Shown here: one piece after another, positions 18,204 through 30,943 of the stretch | Numbering within the stretch: the stretch's first letter is position 1 | How the letters are laid out: each line of letters opens with the position of its first letter | Assembly: GCA_965243205.1 (NCBI GenBank) | Contig: CBDEUK010000002.1 | Coordinates: forward strand, 1-64,000 | Direction of reading: 5' to 3' | Source: Gammaproteobacteria bacterium | GTDB taxonomy: Bacteria; Pseudomonadota; Gammaproteobacteria; Eutrophobiales; Eutrophobiaceae | Length of the DNA stretch: 64,000 bases | The notes under the pieces: generated by a model | Seen by the model: only the letters and a program-made list of their open reading frames with translations | The model's database searches: none | What the model was told of the DNA's origin: nothing | Position numbers and translations under genes: made by a program

Positions 18204-20750
18204 ATGGCGAATTCATCGACTGAAAATTTGCCGCGCTGGTTAGTTTATTTAATACCAACCCTGCTAGGATTAGCATTTGGTGCAGCGATATTTTTAGTCA
18301 TATGGAATAAATCTATACATTCCAATAATCAGAAGTTTTTGTTGGAAACGGTTTCTTTCAAAGAAACAATTACACGTAATTTTATAAGTACTGAGAATGT
18401 TTCGAATAATATACATAATATATTATTGTTTTCTCAAGACGGCATAGATTCTTTAAATAATTTAATGGATGGTTTATATGTCGATTATCCTTTCATCGCA
18501 GGTATACAAACACAAGAAATAAAGCTTGCTTCAGAAAGCACGGATGATAATGAAAAAAATTCTGATTCAATCATTAATGCTTCAATTGAATATCAATCGT
18601 ATCGACATAATAGCGTTTATCAGAAAATTAGTACCTTAGTTACAGAGATCGATTATAAAACAACAGTAGAATCATTATTGAAAACTGATAGGTTTTCTAT
18701 CCTTTCTCCAAAAGCAGAATTAAACTCTGATTATTTTATTATTTATAGTCTTGTTCCAGAAAAAGAAGGTGTTGATAACAAACATATCATTGTTTCATTA
18801 ATTTTAAATAAAAATGATTTTTTCCGAGATGCTTTATCACTAAATAATATTTCATTAGCTGTTTTTAGTGAATCATCGGGTTTATTAGGTAGGCAAAAAT
18901 TATTTGAAACCAAGAAAAATATCAATAAAGACTGGTTAATTGAAACAATAGAAAATAAACATTCATTTAATTTATCTTCCTACTCGATCAAAATTAATTT
19001 TGTGAAAGAGTTATTTATTGAAGAATTAGATTTAGCCATGATCGGTGCTTCTATTCTAATAGGCTTTGGTATAACACTATTATCTATCGCGCTTGTTCGT
19101 TCAAGGGAATCTCAATCAAGAGAGCTAAAACAAAGGAATGCATTGATTGAAAAAATTGTTGATGAACAAACTAAAGAGTTAGCGTTAGCCAGAGATCATG
19201 CAGTTGACGCTTCTCGAATAAAGTCAGAGTTTTTAGCAAGTATGAGTCATGAAATACGAACACCGCTCAACGCGATTATCGGTATTTCTGAATTAATGGC
19301 AGAAACTGATCTAAATCCTGAACAAGATAAATATATTAAGATATTTCGTAAAGCAGGGGATAACCTATTAAGTTTAGTTAATGATATTTTGGATCTTTCT
19401 AAGATTGAAGCACAACAATTAATTCTTGAAGATATACCGTTTAACTTAATTGAGTTAGTTGAAGAATCAGTTGATATCTATGCAATCAAAGCTTCTGAAA
19501 AAAATATAAAATTAACAGGTAGAGTTGAACCAGAGACTCAAATAAATAGAGTCGGTGACCCAACTCGTTTAAGGCAAATAATCTTAAACTTAATTAGTAA
19601 TGCTTTAAAATTTACTTCTAAAGGTGAAGTTTCATTAACAGTTGCTCCTTCAACTAAATCAGGAGAAGAAGATTATTTAATTTTTTCTGTTAAAGATACT
19701 GGTATAGGAATCCCCAAAGATAAATTGGATGCTATATTTGCTAGCTTTACACAAGTAGATTCTTCAACTACTCGAAAATATGGTGGTACTGGATTAGGCT
19801 TAACCATTTCTAAAAGTCTTGTGCATATGATGCAAGGTGAAATGAAAGTAGAAAGTGTCGAGGGTGAGGGTAGTACGTTTTCTTTTTCAGTAAAACTTGG
19901 ACATGCAGATATGGTTCCTGCAATTACAGGTAGTTTCCCGATTATTAATTTAAAGAATCAGAAAATATTAATCGTTGATGATAATTCAACCAACCGATTA
20001 ATTTTGAAAGACACATTAGAAATGATGCAAGCTAAGACTGCTGAAGCAGATAGTGGCTTAATGGCTTTAGTGAACCTTCAACAAGAAAATGACTTTACAC
20101 TTTACATAGTTGATTTTGAAATGCCTGAAATGGATGGTATTGAGTTAGCTGAAAAACTTAGGGATGAATTCAATGTTGATCTAAGTAAAGTCATTATGAT
20201 GAGTTCAGCAATTTATGGACAAGAACAAGAACGTATTAAGAATTTAAATTTAGGCGCATATTTACATAAACCCGTAAAGCGTGCTGAATTATTACGACAG
20301 ATTTCAGGTGTTTTATATCAAAATGAAGAAGCAGCTGAAAACATCGAAAAAGAAAAAACTATAACAGACGATAAAACCTATAATATCTTATTGGTTGAAG
20401 ATAATGAAGATAACCGATTGTTGGTTAAATTGTTTTTACGAAATGAAAATTATATTTTACATGAAGCTGAGAACGGAAAAATTGGTTTAGATATGTTCAT
20501 GCAAGCTGATTATGATCTTGTACTAATGGATGTGCAAATGCCCGTTATGGATGGTCACGAAGCAACACGCCAAATGCGCACCTGGGAAACTTTACATAAA
20601 AATAATGCAACGCCTATTATTGCCTTGACTGCACACGCTATTAAAGAAGAAATTGATAAATGTATTGATGCTGGGTGTGATACTCATCTTGGTAAACCAA
20701 TCAAAAAATTAACCTTATTGGCAACCATAGAAAAATATCTTAAACAATAA
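18204..20750 (+). CDS. Hybrid sensor histidine kinase (2 TM, HisKA, HATPase, two REC domains)
   Basis: [37 protein letters not shown], two receiver domains. Confidence 0.95.
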   Translation: MANSSTENLPRWLVYLIPTLLGLAFGAAIFLVIWNKSIHSNNQKFLLETVSFKETITRNFISTENVSNNIHNILLFSQDGIDSLNNLMDGLYVDYPFIAGIQTQEIKLASESTDDNEKNSDSIINASIEYQSYRHNSVYQKISTLVTEIDYKTTVESLLKTDRFSILSPKAELNSDYFIIYSLVPEKEGVDNKHIIVSLILNKNDFFRDALSLNNISLAVFSESSGLLGRQKLFETKKNINKDWLIETIENKHSFNLSSYSIKINFVKELFIEELDLAMIGASILIGFGITLLSIALVRSRESQSRELKQRNALIEKIVDEQTKELALARDHAVDASRIKSEFLASMSHEIRTPLNAIIGISELMAETDLNPEQDKYIKIFRKAGDNLLSLVNDILDLSKIEAQQLILEDIPFNLIELVEESVDIYAIKASEKNIKLTGRVEPETQINRVGDPTRLRQIILNLISNALKFTSKGEVSLTVAPSTKSGEEDYLIFSVKDTGIGIPKDKLDAIFASFTQVDSSTTRKYGGTGLGLTISKSLVHMMQGEMKVESVEGEGSTFSFSVKLGHADMVPAITGSFPIINLKNQKILIVDDNSTNRLILKDTLEMMQAKTAEADSGLMALVNLQQENDFTLYIVDFEMPEMDGIELAEKLRDEFNVDLSKVIMMSSAIYGQEQERIKNLNLGAYLHKPVKRAELLRQISGVLYQNEEAAENIEKEKTITDDKTYNILLVEDNEDNRLLVKLFLRNENYILHEAENGKIGLDMFMQADYDLVLMDVQMPVMDGHEATRQMRTWETLHKNNATPIIALTAHAIKEEIDKCIDAGCDTHLGKPIKKLTLLATIEKYLKQ

Positions 20751-20922
20751 GAGATGTCCCTAAGTAGCAACAGTTTACATATAATTGTCTTCTGCTAGAG
20801 CAACCACCGATACTTATAGTTATTACTATAAAATTTATATAATTTTTTATAAGTTATTGATGAATAAAGAACTCTTTGAGCCTGTAATATCTCAGATGTA
20901 AATTAAACCAATAAAATTTTAC

Positions 20923-20938
20923 TTGGCATAATCATTGC
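20923..20938 (+). promoter_or_regulatory. Sigma54 -24/-12 promoter
   Basis: TTGGCATAATCATTGC, exact GG-N10-GC spacing; IHF-like site at ~20850-20861. Confidence 0.7.
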
Positions 20939-20974
20939 CGATATAGATATTAAGAGTAATTAATTGGATTTAAA

Positions 20975-21166
20975 ATGTTTAGAGTTTGGGGTTTATCAAT
21001 ACCTAAAGCAGTATGGGTTTTAATAACGGTTGAACTATTCTTATTGTTTTTATGTATGAATATTTCAATCAATATGAGTTACGATACTTTGAGTTTTCAA
21101 AATACAACTAACAACAGTATTATACTATTGCTAGTTGCTTTATTATTTTCAAGATATAAACGGTAA
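20975..21166 (+). CDS. Small hydrophobic ORF, possibly a 5' remnant of an exopolysaccharide sugar-transferase gene
   Basis: 63 aa with two hydrophobic stretches, 36 nt after the sigma54 promoter, stop abuts the convergent gene. Confidence 0.4.
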   Translation: MFRVWGLSIPKAVWVLITVELFLLFLCMNISINMSYDTLSFQNTTNNSIILLLVALLFSRYKR

Positions 21167-21168
21167 AT

Positions 21169-21735
21169 TTATTTAATCATATCTGAAATTTCTTTAAAGT
21201 GTTCATGCTTCGCATCTCTTAACCATTCAAATACGACTGATTCTGAATCACAAACTGTAACGCCAGCAGTATTCATACGTTGGATGGCTGTTTCATAGTT
21301 TTCACGTTGTCTTGAGCATATAGCATCACTAACGACATAAACTGAAAAGCCTTGATTGGTTAAATCTAATGCCGTTTGTAAAATGCAAATATGAGCTTCC
21401 ATACCAATTAAGATTACTTGTTTACGGCCAGTTTCCTTCAATGCTTCTACAAAACCTTCATGTTCCATACAAGAGAAACAAGTCTTATCGATTCTGATAG
21501 CATTTTCAGGTAGTAATTTGACTATTTCTGGTTCTAATTCGCCTAATCCTGTTGGGTATTGTTCAGATGCTAGAACTGGAACGTTCAATAGATCAGCTGC
21601 TTTACATAGCAAAGCTGAATTCCTTTGTAGGCGTGCCAAGACTTTCATAGGCATAGCTGATGTTAATTTTGTTTGAATATCAACGATAACAAGTGCGCTG
21701 TTTTCAGAGTTGCACAGCAAAGAGTTGTTAGTCAT
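21169..21735 (-). CDS. Isochorismatase-family hydrolase
   Basis: LVIVDIQ, SEQYP.GLG, KTCFSC, GMEAHICILQT. Confidence 0.9.
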   Translation of the reverse strand: MTNNSLLCNSENSALVIVDIQTKLTSAMPMKVLARLQRNSALLCKAADLLNVPVLASEQYPTGLGELEPEIVKLLPENAIRIDKTCFSCMEHEGFVEALKETGRKQVILIGMEAHICILQTALDLTNQGFSVYVVSDAICSRQRENYETAIQRMNTAGVTVCDSESVVFEWLRDAKHEHFKEISDMIK

Positions 21736-21767
21736 ATGGAGCTCCGATTAGTATAGAATTTGTAGAA

Positions 21768-23093
21768 TTAATTTAACCAAGAACTGACGTATCTCAAATC
21801 ATCCTGAGATAAAGAACCAGCAGCACGCTTTAAACGAAGAGTATCAAGAATGTATTCATATCTTGCCGTAGAGTAATTACGTTTTGCTTCTTGAACTGCG
21901 CGTTCAGCGGTAACAACATCAACAGCTGTTCTGGTTCCAACTTCAAAACCGGTTTGAGTTGCTTCTAAAGCTGTTTCACTTGAAACAACAGCTTGTTTTA
22001 ATGCTTCGACTTCACTAATACCTGATATGACATTTAAATATGAAGTTCGAGTTTCACGTTCTGTTTTTCTTCGAGCTTGCTCTAAAGAATGTATCGATAC
22101 TTCGTGCAGTTCAACTGCTTCTCTTACACGAGAACTAACTCCACCACCTTGATAAAGAGGTATGTTTAATTCAATTCCGACAGTAGTATCATGAGAACTA
22201 AAACCTCCAAAACGACCACCTGTTGCTCCATAACCACGACTTGCGACTAAGTCCACAGTGGGATAATGACCTGCACGATTAATTTTTATAATTTGTTTGG
22301 CTATATCAGCACCATAGCGAGCAGCTTGAATTTCTAAGTTTTCTTCTAATGCAGATTGTGTCCAATCATCAATTGATAATGGTTCGGGTTTTAATAAAGG
22401 CATTTCCTGATTTAATGCATTAAGTGAGCTGTCATATTCACCAACGATTTCTCTTAAGCGTTCTTCAGAAACATCGATTTCATTCTCAGCACGAATTTTT
22501 TGTGCATAGGCTCTATCGAAACCAGCAGTTGCTTCTTGAACATCGGTAATCGCAATTAAGCCAACATCAAACCGTTGCTCAGCTTGTTCTAGTTGCCGTT
22601 TTAAAGACTCTTCTTCCGCATAAGCAAACTGTAGATTATCGTTCGCAGTAAGAACGGCGAAATAACTTTCAGCTAGGCGAATCATTAAGTCTTGTTTGCC
22701 GACTTGGATATTCGTTGCGGCTTGTTTTATCTCGTAGTCTGATTGATCTAAAGTACGGATGCGATCCAATCGAAATATTGGTTGAGTTAAGTCAAGTCTG
22801 TAACCACGGCTATTAAACTCAACATCACCATTCGTGGTTGGGCCAAAACCAGTGGCGTCAGTTGTTTGGGATTGATCGTTAAAAGTTGAGTTTGAAGAAA
22901 AATTCAAAATGGGTTTTAGTTGAGCCCATGCTTGAGGTTTTTTTTCTAAAATAGCTCGATGATTTGAAATTGCTTGCTGATATTGAGGATCATTTTGCTC
23001 AGCTATTTCGTAGAGCTCTAACAGGTCGGTTGCATGGCTAACGAGAGGCGAAAGAAATATGACGATAGAAAAAATAAAATAAAAAGTTTTCAA
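21768..23093 (-). CDS. tolC: TolC family outer-membrane protein
   Basis: RFDVGLIAITDVQEA, GFEVGTRTAVDV; pcm-rhodanese-tolC context. Confidence 0.92.
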   Translation of the reverse strand: MKTFYFIFSIVIFLSPLVSHATDLLELYEIAEQNDPQYQQAISNHRAILEKKPQAWAQLKPILNFSSNSTFNDQSQTTDATGFGPTTNGDVEFNSRGYRLDLTQPIFRLDRIRTLDQSDYEIKQAATNIQVGKQDLMIRLAESYFAVLTANDNLQFAYAEEESLKRQLEQAEQRFDVGLIAITDVQEATAGFDRAYAQKIRAENEIDVSEERLREIVGEYDSSLNALNQEMPLLKPEPLSIDDWTQSALEENLEIQAARYGADIAKQIIKINRAGHYPTVDLVASRGYGATGGRFGGFSSHDTTVGIELNIPLYQGGGVSSRVREAVELHEVSIHSLEQARRKTERETRTSYLNVISGISEVEALKQAVVSSETALEATQTGFEVGTRTAVDVVTAERAVQEAKRNYSTARYEYILDTLRLKRAAGSLSQDDLRYVSSWLN

Positions 23094-23117
23094 AATAATA
23101 TCTACTAATGTTATTGA

Positions 23118-23435
23118 TTAATATTGCGGCATAGAAGGTTCTACATCCATAGCCCAAGCATGAATGCCACCATCTAAATTAAGAATATCTTTAAAGCCTT
23201 GTTGCTCTAAAAAGGTAGCGGCTTGCAAACTACGCATACCATGATGACAGATAACAACGGTACAAGTTTCTTTGTCCAAACTATCTACTGAGCTCGCGAT
23301 TTGAGACATCGATATATTTTTTGATCCTTCGATAGCACAGGTATCGTATTCCCAGCCTTCTCTCACATCCAAAAGAAAGACATTTTTATCACTATCGAGC
23401 ATTTGTTTGAGCTCTTTAGGGGAAATATTTTTCAT
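23118..23435 (-). CDS. Rhodanese-like sulfurtransferase
   Basis: LLDVRE.WE, CHHGMRS, NLDGGIHAW. Confidence 0.92.
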   Translation of the reverse strand: MKNISPKELKQMLDSDKNVFLLDVREGWEYDTCAIEGSKNISMSQIASSVDSLDKETCTVVICHHGMRSLQAATFLEQQGFKDILNLDGGIHAWAMDVEPSMPQY

Positions 23436-23443
23436 GAAGTTCT

Positions 23444-24097
23444 CTAAAATTGAAAAGATGGTTTTTCTTCAGCACCTATCAATGGTGCAATGTCCATTTC
23501 GAATATGGATTCTGTTCTCCAGGACTCTTCTCCGTTCCGGGTCAGTAATATTGCCTCCTTAACCGGCGGCTGTCCAATGATCTGAAGCAATCTTCCACCA
23601 ATTTTTAGTGCATTATTAAAAATTACATTTTCTTGACACATAGAGCCTGTAATTACGATGACATCAAAGCTGGATTCAGTTGGCATATCTTGAAATATAT
23701 CCTTATTGATAAGATTTACATTATTAATAGATTGTAGCTCTAAGTTTGTCTTAGCTTGAGAAGATATATCAGCAAAATACTCATAACTGGTGATATTTTG
23801 GCCTAGTTTCGCCAAAAGAGCTGTGAGATAGCCGCTGCCAGTGCCAATTTCTAAGACGATATCTGAAGATTTAATCTGGAGCGATTGTAGGATCCTCGCT
23901 TCTGTTTTGGGCGTCATCATAACTTGTCCATGTCCTAAATCGATGTTGGTATCAGCAAAAGCAAGATTTTTAAAGTCTTTGGGTACAAATTCTTCACGTG
24001 GAACCTCAGGCAATAGCTCAAGAATAGCAGGGTCTAATACTTCCCAGCTACGAATTTGCTGTTCAATCATATTATGTCGGGCAATATCTACATCCAT
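23444..24097 (-). CDS. Protein-L-isoaspartate O-methyltransferase paralog
   Basis: ARHNMIEQQIR, VPREEFVP, VLEIGTGSGY. Confidence 0.9.
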   Translation of the reverse strand: MDVDIARHNMIEQQIRSWEVLDPAILELLPEVPREEFVPKDFKNLAFADTNIDLGHGQVMMTPKTEARILQSLQIKSSDIVLEIGTGSGYLTALLAKLGQNITSYEYFADISSQAKTNLELQSINNVNLINKDIFQDMPTESSFDVIVITGSMCQENVIFNNALKIGGRLLQIIGQPPVKEAILLTRNGEESWRTESIFEMDIAPLIGAEEKPSFQF

Positions 24098-24157
24098 CAA
24101 TAATTTCTCTAGTTTCGTTAAATTGAATGCTATCATTATACATTGTTATTTCGATTT

Positions 24158-24236
24158 TTTAGCTAGGGGTGCCCACGCGGGCTGAGAGTGACCCTTGAAC
24201 CTGAACCGGGTAATGCCGGCGTAGGAAAGCAAGCAT
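24158..24236 (+). ncRNA. TPP riboswitch (THI element)
   Basis: GGGGTGC..GCTGAGA..ACCCTTGAACCTGA..GGTAATGCC.GCGTAGGAA directly upstream of thiC. Confidence 0.95.
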
Positions 24237-24286
24237 TTTCGAACCGTTTGGGCGTTTTTGTTTTTAATTTTGATGCGTTGATATAA

Positions 24287-26188
<1,902 letters not shown>

Positions 26189-26247
26189 TATTTAGTTGTA
26201 ATTAATCGATAAATAAAATAATTATTATTTCTGGTGCAACAATAATG

Positions 26248-28278
26248 TTAAATCGTAAAGTGACTGACAGTTTTCCGTAAGTTTTCTGCAGTCTTTAATA
26301 GTCCTTGGCTTGCTGAATCGGATTCATTTGAAAACATTTGCCCTGTTTCAGCAACATTATGGATCTTAGTAATATTTTCAGCCACATTATCTGTCACGAC
26401 TAATTGCTGTTCTATAGCAGTAGCAACCTGTGTAGACATATTTTTAATATCGCCGACCGAATCACGTATGTTTTCTAGTGCAAGGCCTGCTTCATTAGCT
26501 TTTTGTACAGTTTCATTTGAACTATCTACGCCACGTTTTACAAGTTTGACTGCGTTTTGTGCGCCATTTTGCAAGCTTTCAATAATCGATTGAATTTCAT
26601 GTGTGGATTCTTGCGTACGTCCTGCTAAAGTTCGTACTTCATCAGCAACAACAGCAAAACCACGTCCTTGTTCTCCAGCTCTAGCAGCTTCGATTGCTGC
26701 ATTCAGTGCTAATAAATTAGTTTGTTCAGCTATATCACGAATGACGTTTAATACCGAACCAATTTCTTTAGAATTGTTTTCAAGCAATTCAATGGCGTTA
26801 CATGCTTCATTCATCTCAGTAGATAATGCTTTAATTGAATCAATGGTCTCAACAACGACAACTTGACCTGTCTTAGTGGATTCATCGACATTAGCAGTTG
26901 TTTCAGCTGCAACATTAGTATTATTAGCAATATCTTTAATCGATTCAGACATCTCTTCAGCAGCAGTGATAACTTTTGCTATATCACCGCTTTGATATTT
27001 AAGTTGATGGCTAGTTTGTTGAGAGAGCTCGGAGGCTGTTTGAGTATTACTAACAACAACATCAGTAGTTTCGACAATATTTTGAACCAATTTTTTAATC
27101 TGTTGTGCCATTTGATTAATATTAATGGCAATTTGTGATAACTCATCCTTACTGATTAAGTCGATATTTTGTGTTAAATCACCTTCAGAGATAGAAATTA
27201 AAGTGTTGTTTATAAGATTAATTCTTTGTTTAATGCTGACGATAAAACCGGTTAGAAAATATAAACACACTAAAATGATAAGTGTACCCATTCCGATCAT
27301 GAGGTTACGTTCGAATTTGGCATTACTGATCAGTTCACCATAGCGGTTGTTTAAAACAGGAAGTGCTAGATCATATAATTTTAAATTAGCGCTAATCGCC
27401 TTTGTTCCAGTTTCAAAATATTTGACCGGTTCAATCGAAATATTGACGTTATTGACTATAGCTGTTTGAGTTAAGGTGAGAAACGATTGTGTTTCTGATA
27501 CGGCTTCATCGAATAGAGTATTTAATTGTTGACGAAGTTCGACATTTTCATCTTCAATAATTTTATAATTATGTTTTAAGCGGTACATATGTTGAGAGAT
27601 CATTTCAGTGAATCTGGAAAGCTTAGCTAACTCTTTTTCATTCATAAATTTTTTAGCTGCAATGCCTGAGCCTAAACCACGTGTTTTACCTAAATTTTCA
27701 GCAATAGCTGGCAGAGAATGAATTAAGGTATCAGTGAGTAAATAAGTATCAACTTGAGAGCTTAATACTAGATCCGATTTTTCTGAAATATACATAATAG
27801 TCTCTAATACTGATTCGATAAGTTTGGTGTAATCAGAGAATATTTCAGACGGACGAGCTGAGAATGCTCTGTCATTAATACTATTCCAAGTGCTAACAAT
27901 TGTTCTAACTTTATTTCCTGTTTGATATTGTTTGCCGAGTTTCGAGTCAATGATTTTTAAATCATCTATCTTTTCATTTACAGCTGCGCGTTTTTTTAAA
28001 ATGGTATCTTTGAGTTCTATTTTTCCATTTCGATAAGCGTTTGTCATACCACGGGTTTGAGCAATGAGTTCAAATAATGGGCGTAATGCTGATATATATT
28101 CAAGCGCGGATTGATGATTCGATAGGGAACGAATTTTATGATTCTGATCAATAACGATATGTGTACCCATCATAAAAATAGGGATACTAAATAATATAGT
28201 AACTAGGGCAAATTTTTTAACTAAAGTAAATTTATTTAATAGCTTAATCGCAGGGGATAAAAAGGCATTTTTTTCCAT
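26248..28278 (-). CDS. Methyl-accepting chemotaxis protein with helical (NIT-like) sensor domain
   Basis: IAEQTNLLALNAAIEAARAGEQGRGFAVVADEVR; HAMP; two TM segments. Confidence 0.95.
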   Translation of the reverse strand: MEKNAFLSPAIKLLNKFTLVKKFALVTILFSIPIFMMGTHIVIDQNHKIRSLSNHQSALEYISALRPLFELIAQTRGMTNAYRNGKIELKDTILKKRAAVNEKIDDLKIIDSKLGKQYQTGNKVRTIVSTWNSINDRAFSARPSEIFSDYTKLIESVLETIMYISEKSDLVLSSQVDTYLLTDTLIHSLPAIAENLGKTRGLGSGIAAKKFMNEKELAKLSRFTEMISQHMYRLKHNYKIIEDENVELRQQLNTLFDEAVSETQSFLTLTQTAIVNNVNISIEPVKYFETGTKAISANLKLYDLALPVLNNRYGELISNAKFERNLMIGMGTLIILVCLYFLTGFIVSIKQRINLINNTLISISEGDLTQNIDLISKDELSQIAININQMAQQIKKLVQNIVETTDVVVSNTQTASELSQQTSHQLKYQSGDIAKVITAAEEMSESIKDIANNTNVAAETTANVDESTKTGQVVVVETIDSIKALSTEMNEACNAIELLENNSKEIGSVLNVIRDIAEQTNLLALNAAIEAARAGEQGRGFAVVADEVRTLAGRTQESTHEIQSIIESLQNGAQNAVKLVKRGVDSSNETVQKANEAGLALENIRDSVGDIKNMSTQVATAIEQQLVVTDNVAENITKIHNVAETGQMFSNESDSASQGLLKTAENLRKTVSHFTI

Positions 28279-28332
28279 ACTAAACTCCACAAATCATGAA
28301 CATGCATGACAATTTCAAATCCAATGTGAACA

Positions 28333-28359
28333 TTAACGGTTGAATACATAAAATCTTTA
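28333..28359 (-). promoter_or_regulatory. Sigma28 (FliA)-like promoter of the MCP gene
   Basis: TAAA-N15-ACCGTTAA on the minus strand. Confidence 0.55.
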
Positions 28360-28470
28360 CTATTAAATTAAAATTGTCATTAAAATTTAATAACTTGCAC
28401 CAATATCGAACATTTTTTGTTAAATATTAGATGGATGATTAATTAATGTGGAAAAATAATAGATGAGAAG

Positions 28471-28893
28471 TTAATAATTCTTATAAGAAGCATCAAAGTA
28501 TGTTTTTAGATTTTCAATAATTTGAGTAATTTCTTTTGGCTCGTAGGATTGTTTTTCGTTTGTTCCCCAAACGACATTGGGCCAGCAGTAATCGTCTTTA
28601 CGTCGGCCAACTACATGAATATGCAACTGACTGACAACATTACCAACCGCACCAAGATTTAATTTATCAATTTCGTAATGTGTTTTTATAAATAAAGATA
28701 ATATATCTATAGTTTTATAAACGCGTTGTTTTAGTTCATCTGGTAAATCACAAATTTCGATTTGATCAGTTTCAGGCACTAAGATAAACCAAGGCACCAG
28801 AGAATTATTCATGAGTAATAAATGAATATTATGGAGTTGTCCTAATTGAATACAATCGTTTTTTAAGCGCGAATCGATTTTAAAAACATGCAT
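28471..28893 (-). CDS. HIT family protein
   Basis: PWFILVP, KLNLGAVGNVVSQLHIHVVGR..WP..VWG. Confidence 0.88.
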   Translation of the reverse strand: MHVFKIDSRLKNDCIQLGQLHNIHLLLMNNSLVPWFILVPETDQIEICDLPDELKQRVYKTIDILSLFIKTHYEIDKLNLGAVGNVVSQLHIHVVGRRKDDYCWPNVVWGTNEKQSYEPKEITQIIENLKTYFDASYKNY

Positions 28894-28911
28894 AAACAGT
28901 GAGTTAAAATA

Positions 28912-29502
28912 TTATTTTTTCAATTGGAGAATCATATAATCAGCTGCTCTTTTTAGCATAGAAGGAGTGATATATTTTCTGTGGATAAGATCGATAGAGT
29001 TTATATATATTTTCCCAAATAAATTATTACAATGAACGGAAGTACCTAATATAATATTAAAGTTAGTATCATTTTTTTTCTTTATGGCAACACATGATCT
29101 AAATTTTAAATGCTTATCATCTGCACCTAAAAGAACCTGAGCAAAAGTGTCTTCAGTGTTAATTTCTTGATGTTGTGCACCTCCACTTCCAGAAATTGCT
29201 GTGAAAATTCGATGTCCAGCATGGCGATGGAAAGGGTGCCCTTTAGGCCCTACAATGAATGAATATAACGATGTAGTATCTCCTAATGAAAAGTTTGTTC
29301 CAGCTAGTTTTGCGGATGGCTCATCTAGTTCATCTATAAACTCAGAATGATGAGTTTGTCTTGATGCTACTTTTTGGAATAAATGATTGCCTGCGCCATG
29401 ACCTAATTGAGCAATTAAAGATATTTCTATTGGTAAACCATCATTTTTATTTGGTATAACAATAGTAGGGAAGGTGTTTACTATATTTGTTTCATTAATC
29501 AT
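28912..29502 (-). CDS. Cupin-like/DUF2867-like protein, probably internally deleted
   Basis: PFHRHAGHRIFTAISGSGGAQ joined directly to the DUF2867-like tail VLLGADDKHLKFR. Confidence 0.5.
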   Translation of the reverse strand: MINETNIVNTFPTIVIPNKNDGLPIEISLIAQLGHGAGNHLFQKVASRQTHHSEFIDELDEPSAKLAGTNFSLGDTTSLYSFIVGPKGHPFHRHAGHRIFTAISGSGGAQHQEINTEDTFAQVLLGADDKHLKFRSCVAIKKKNDTNFNIILGTSVHCNNLFGKIYINSIDLIHRKYITPSMLKRAADYMILQLKK

Positions 29503-29513
29503 AAAAACTCACT

Positions 29514-30941
29514 TTAATACTTATTCCTTAGACATATCAAAATAATACATAATGATAATATAAAAGCAGGAAACAATTCATATAAATCAAATATTCCACC
29601 TTCTAATTGTTTCCAAATAACAACGGTTAATCCACCTGAAAGAATGCCTGTAATGGCTGCTGTTCTAGAAACCTTTCTATGTAACATGATAATAATCAAC
29701 GGTCCAAAGGCCGCACCAAAGCCTGCCCAGGCATAAGCAACCAGATCCAATACTTTGTTATCTGGATTTAATGCTAAATAACATGCAATGGTTGCCATAA
29801 TAATGACAGAAGTTCTACCAAATAATATTAACTGTTGTTCATTAGCGGTTTTGCCAAAAAAGGTTTTATAAATATCTTCAGTGAATACTGAAGCTGCGAC
29901 TAATAGCTGTGAATCAGCGGTACTCATGATAGCGGCTAATACAGCAGCTAGTACAATACCCGCTAACACGGGATGGAATAGTATAGGTAATAATTCCAGT
30001 AATACTTTTTCACTATCGGTAGAGTTTAAAGGTGCTTCTAATAATACAATCCCATAGAGTCCAATTAAGATAGCAAAGATTAAACAAAGGCCAGTCCAAA
30101 CTATCGCAATGTTTCGAGCGCCCGGAATTTCATTGACAGATTTTATTGCCATAAAGCGCGATAAGATATGTGGTTGACCAAAATAGCCTAAGCCCCAACT
30201 GAGTAGAGAGATGATCGTTATCAGACTTAAAGTTTCACCTTTGGTATCTGTCCATATGTTCAATAGTTCGTAATTATCATTTGCTATTTGTTGCGAAAAT
30301 TCTGTGAATGAACCGATATTATTTTGTGCTAATAGGACGACTAATAATAATGCTAAGAACATCAGTAGGCCTTGAAATAAATCCGTCCATGAAACTGCAA
30401 GAAATCCTCCAAGGGCGGTATAAATTAAAATTAACACTGTTCCTGTAATAACAGCATAGTGATAAGGAAGGGCAAATACACTTTCGAATAATTTACCTGC
30501 TGCAACTAAACCCGCACTGGTATAAAAAAGATAGAATAATAAGATGAACAAAGCTGAGATAATTCGAATAATATGAGTGTTATCTTGAAATCGATATTCA
30601 AAAAATTCTGGTAGAGTTAATGCATTATTAGCTTGTTCAGTTTGTATGCGTAACTTAGGTGCAGCTATGATCCAATTCAAACTCGCACCGATAAATAAAC
30701 CAACCGCTATCCAAATCGATTCTAAACCTGAAAGATAAGTATATCCTGGCAAGCCTAATAATAACCAACCACTCATGTCCGAGGCGCCAGCACTTAATGC
30801 GCTGACCCATCGCCCCAAGGTTCGACCACCTAAAATATAATCATTAAGTGACTTAGTTTTATTAAAAGCGAAATAACCAAGTGTCAGTAAAACCAATATA
30901 TATCCAATAAATGTGATGAGATATGTAAAGGTTTCAGACAT
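29514..30941 (-). CDS. putP: Sodium/proline symporter
   Basis: ALSAGASDMSGWLLLGLPG, WGLGYFGQPHIL.RFM, AAIMSTADSQLL. Confidence 0.95.
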   Translation of the reverse strand: MSETFTYLITFIGYILVLLTLGYFAFNKTKSLNDYILGGRTLGRWVSALSAGASDMSGWLLLGLPGYTYLSGLESIWIAVGLFIGASLNWIIAAPKLRIQTEQANNALTLPEFFEYRFQDNTHIIRIISALFILLFYLFYTSAGLVAAGKLFESVFALPYHYAVITGTVLILIYTALGGFLAVSWTDLFQGLLMFLALLLVVLLAQNNIGSFTEFSQQIANDNYELLNIWTDTKGETLSLITIISLLSWGLGYFGQPHILSRFMAIKSVNEIPGARNIAIVWTGLCLIFAILIGLYGIVLLEAPLNSTDSEKVLLELLPILFHPVLAGIVLAAVLAAIMSTADSQLLVAASVFTEDIYKTFFGKTANEQQLILFGRTSVIIMATIACYLALNPDNKVLDLVAYAWAGFGAAFGPLIIIMLHRKVSRTAAITGILSGGLTVVIWKQLEGGIFDLYELFPAFILSLCIILICLRNKY

Positions 30942-30943
30942 AT

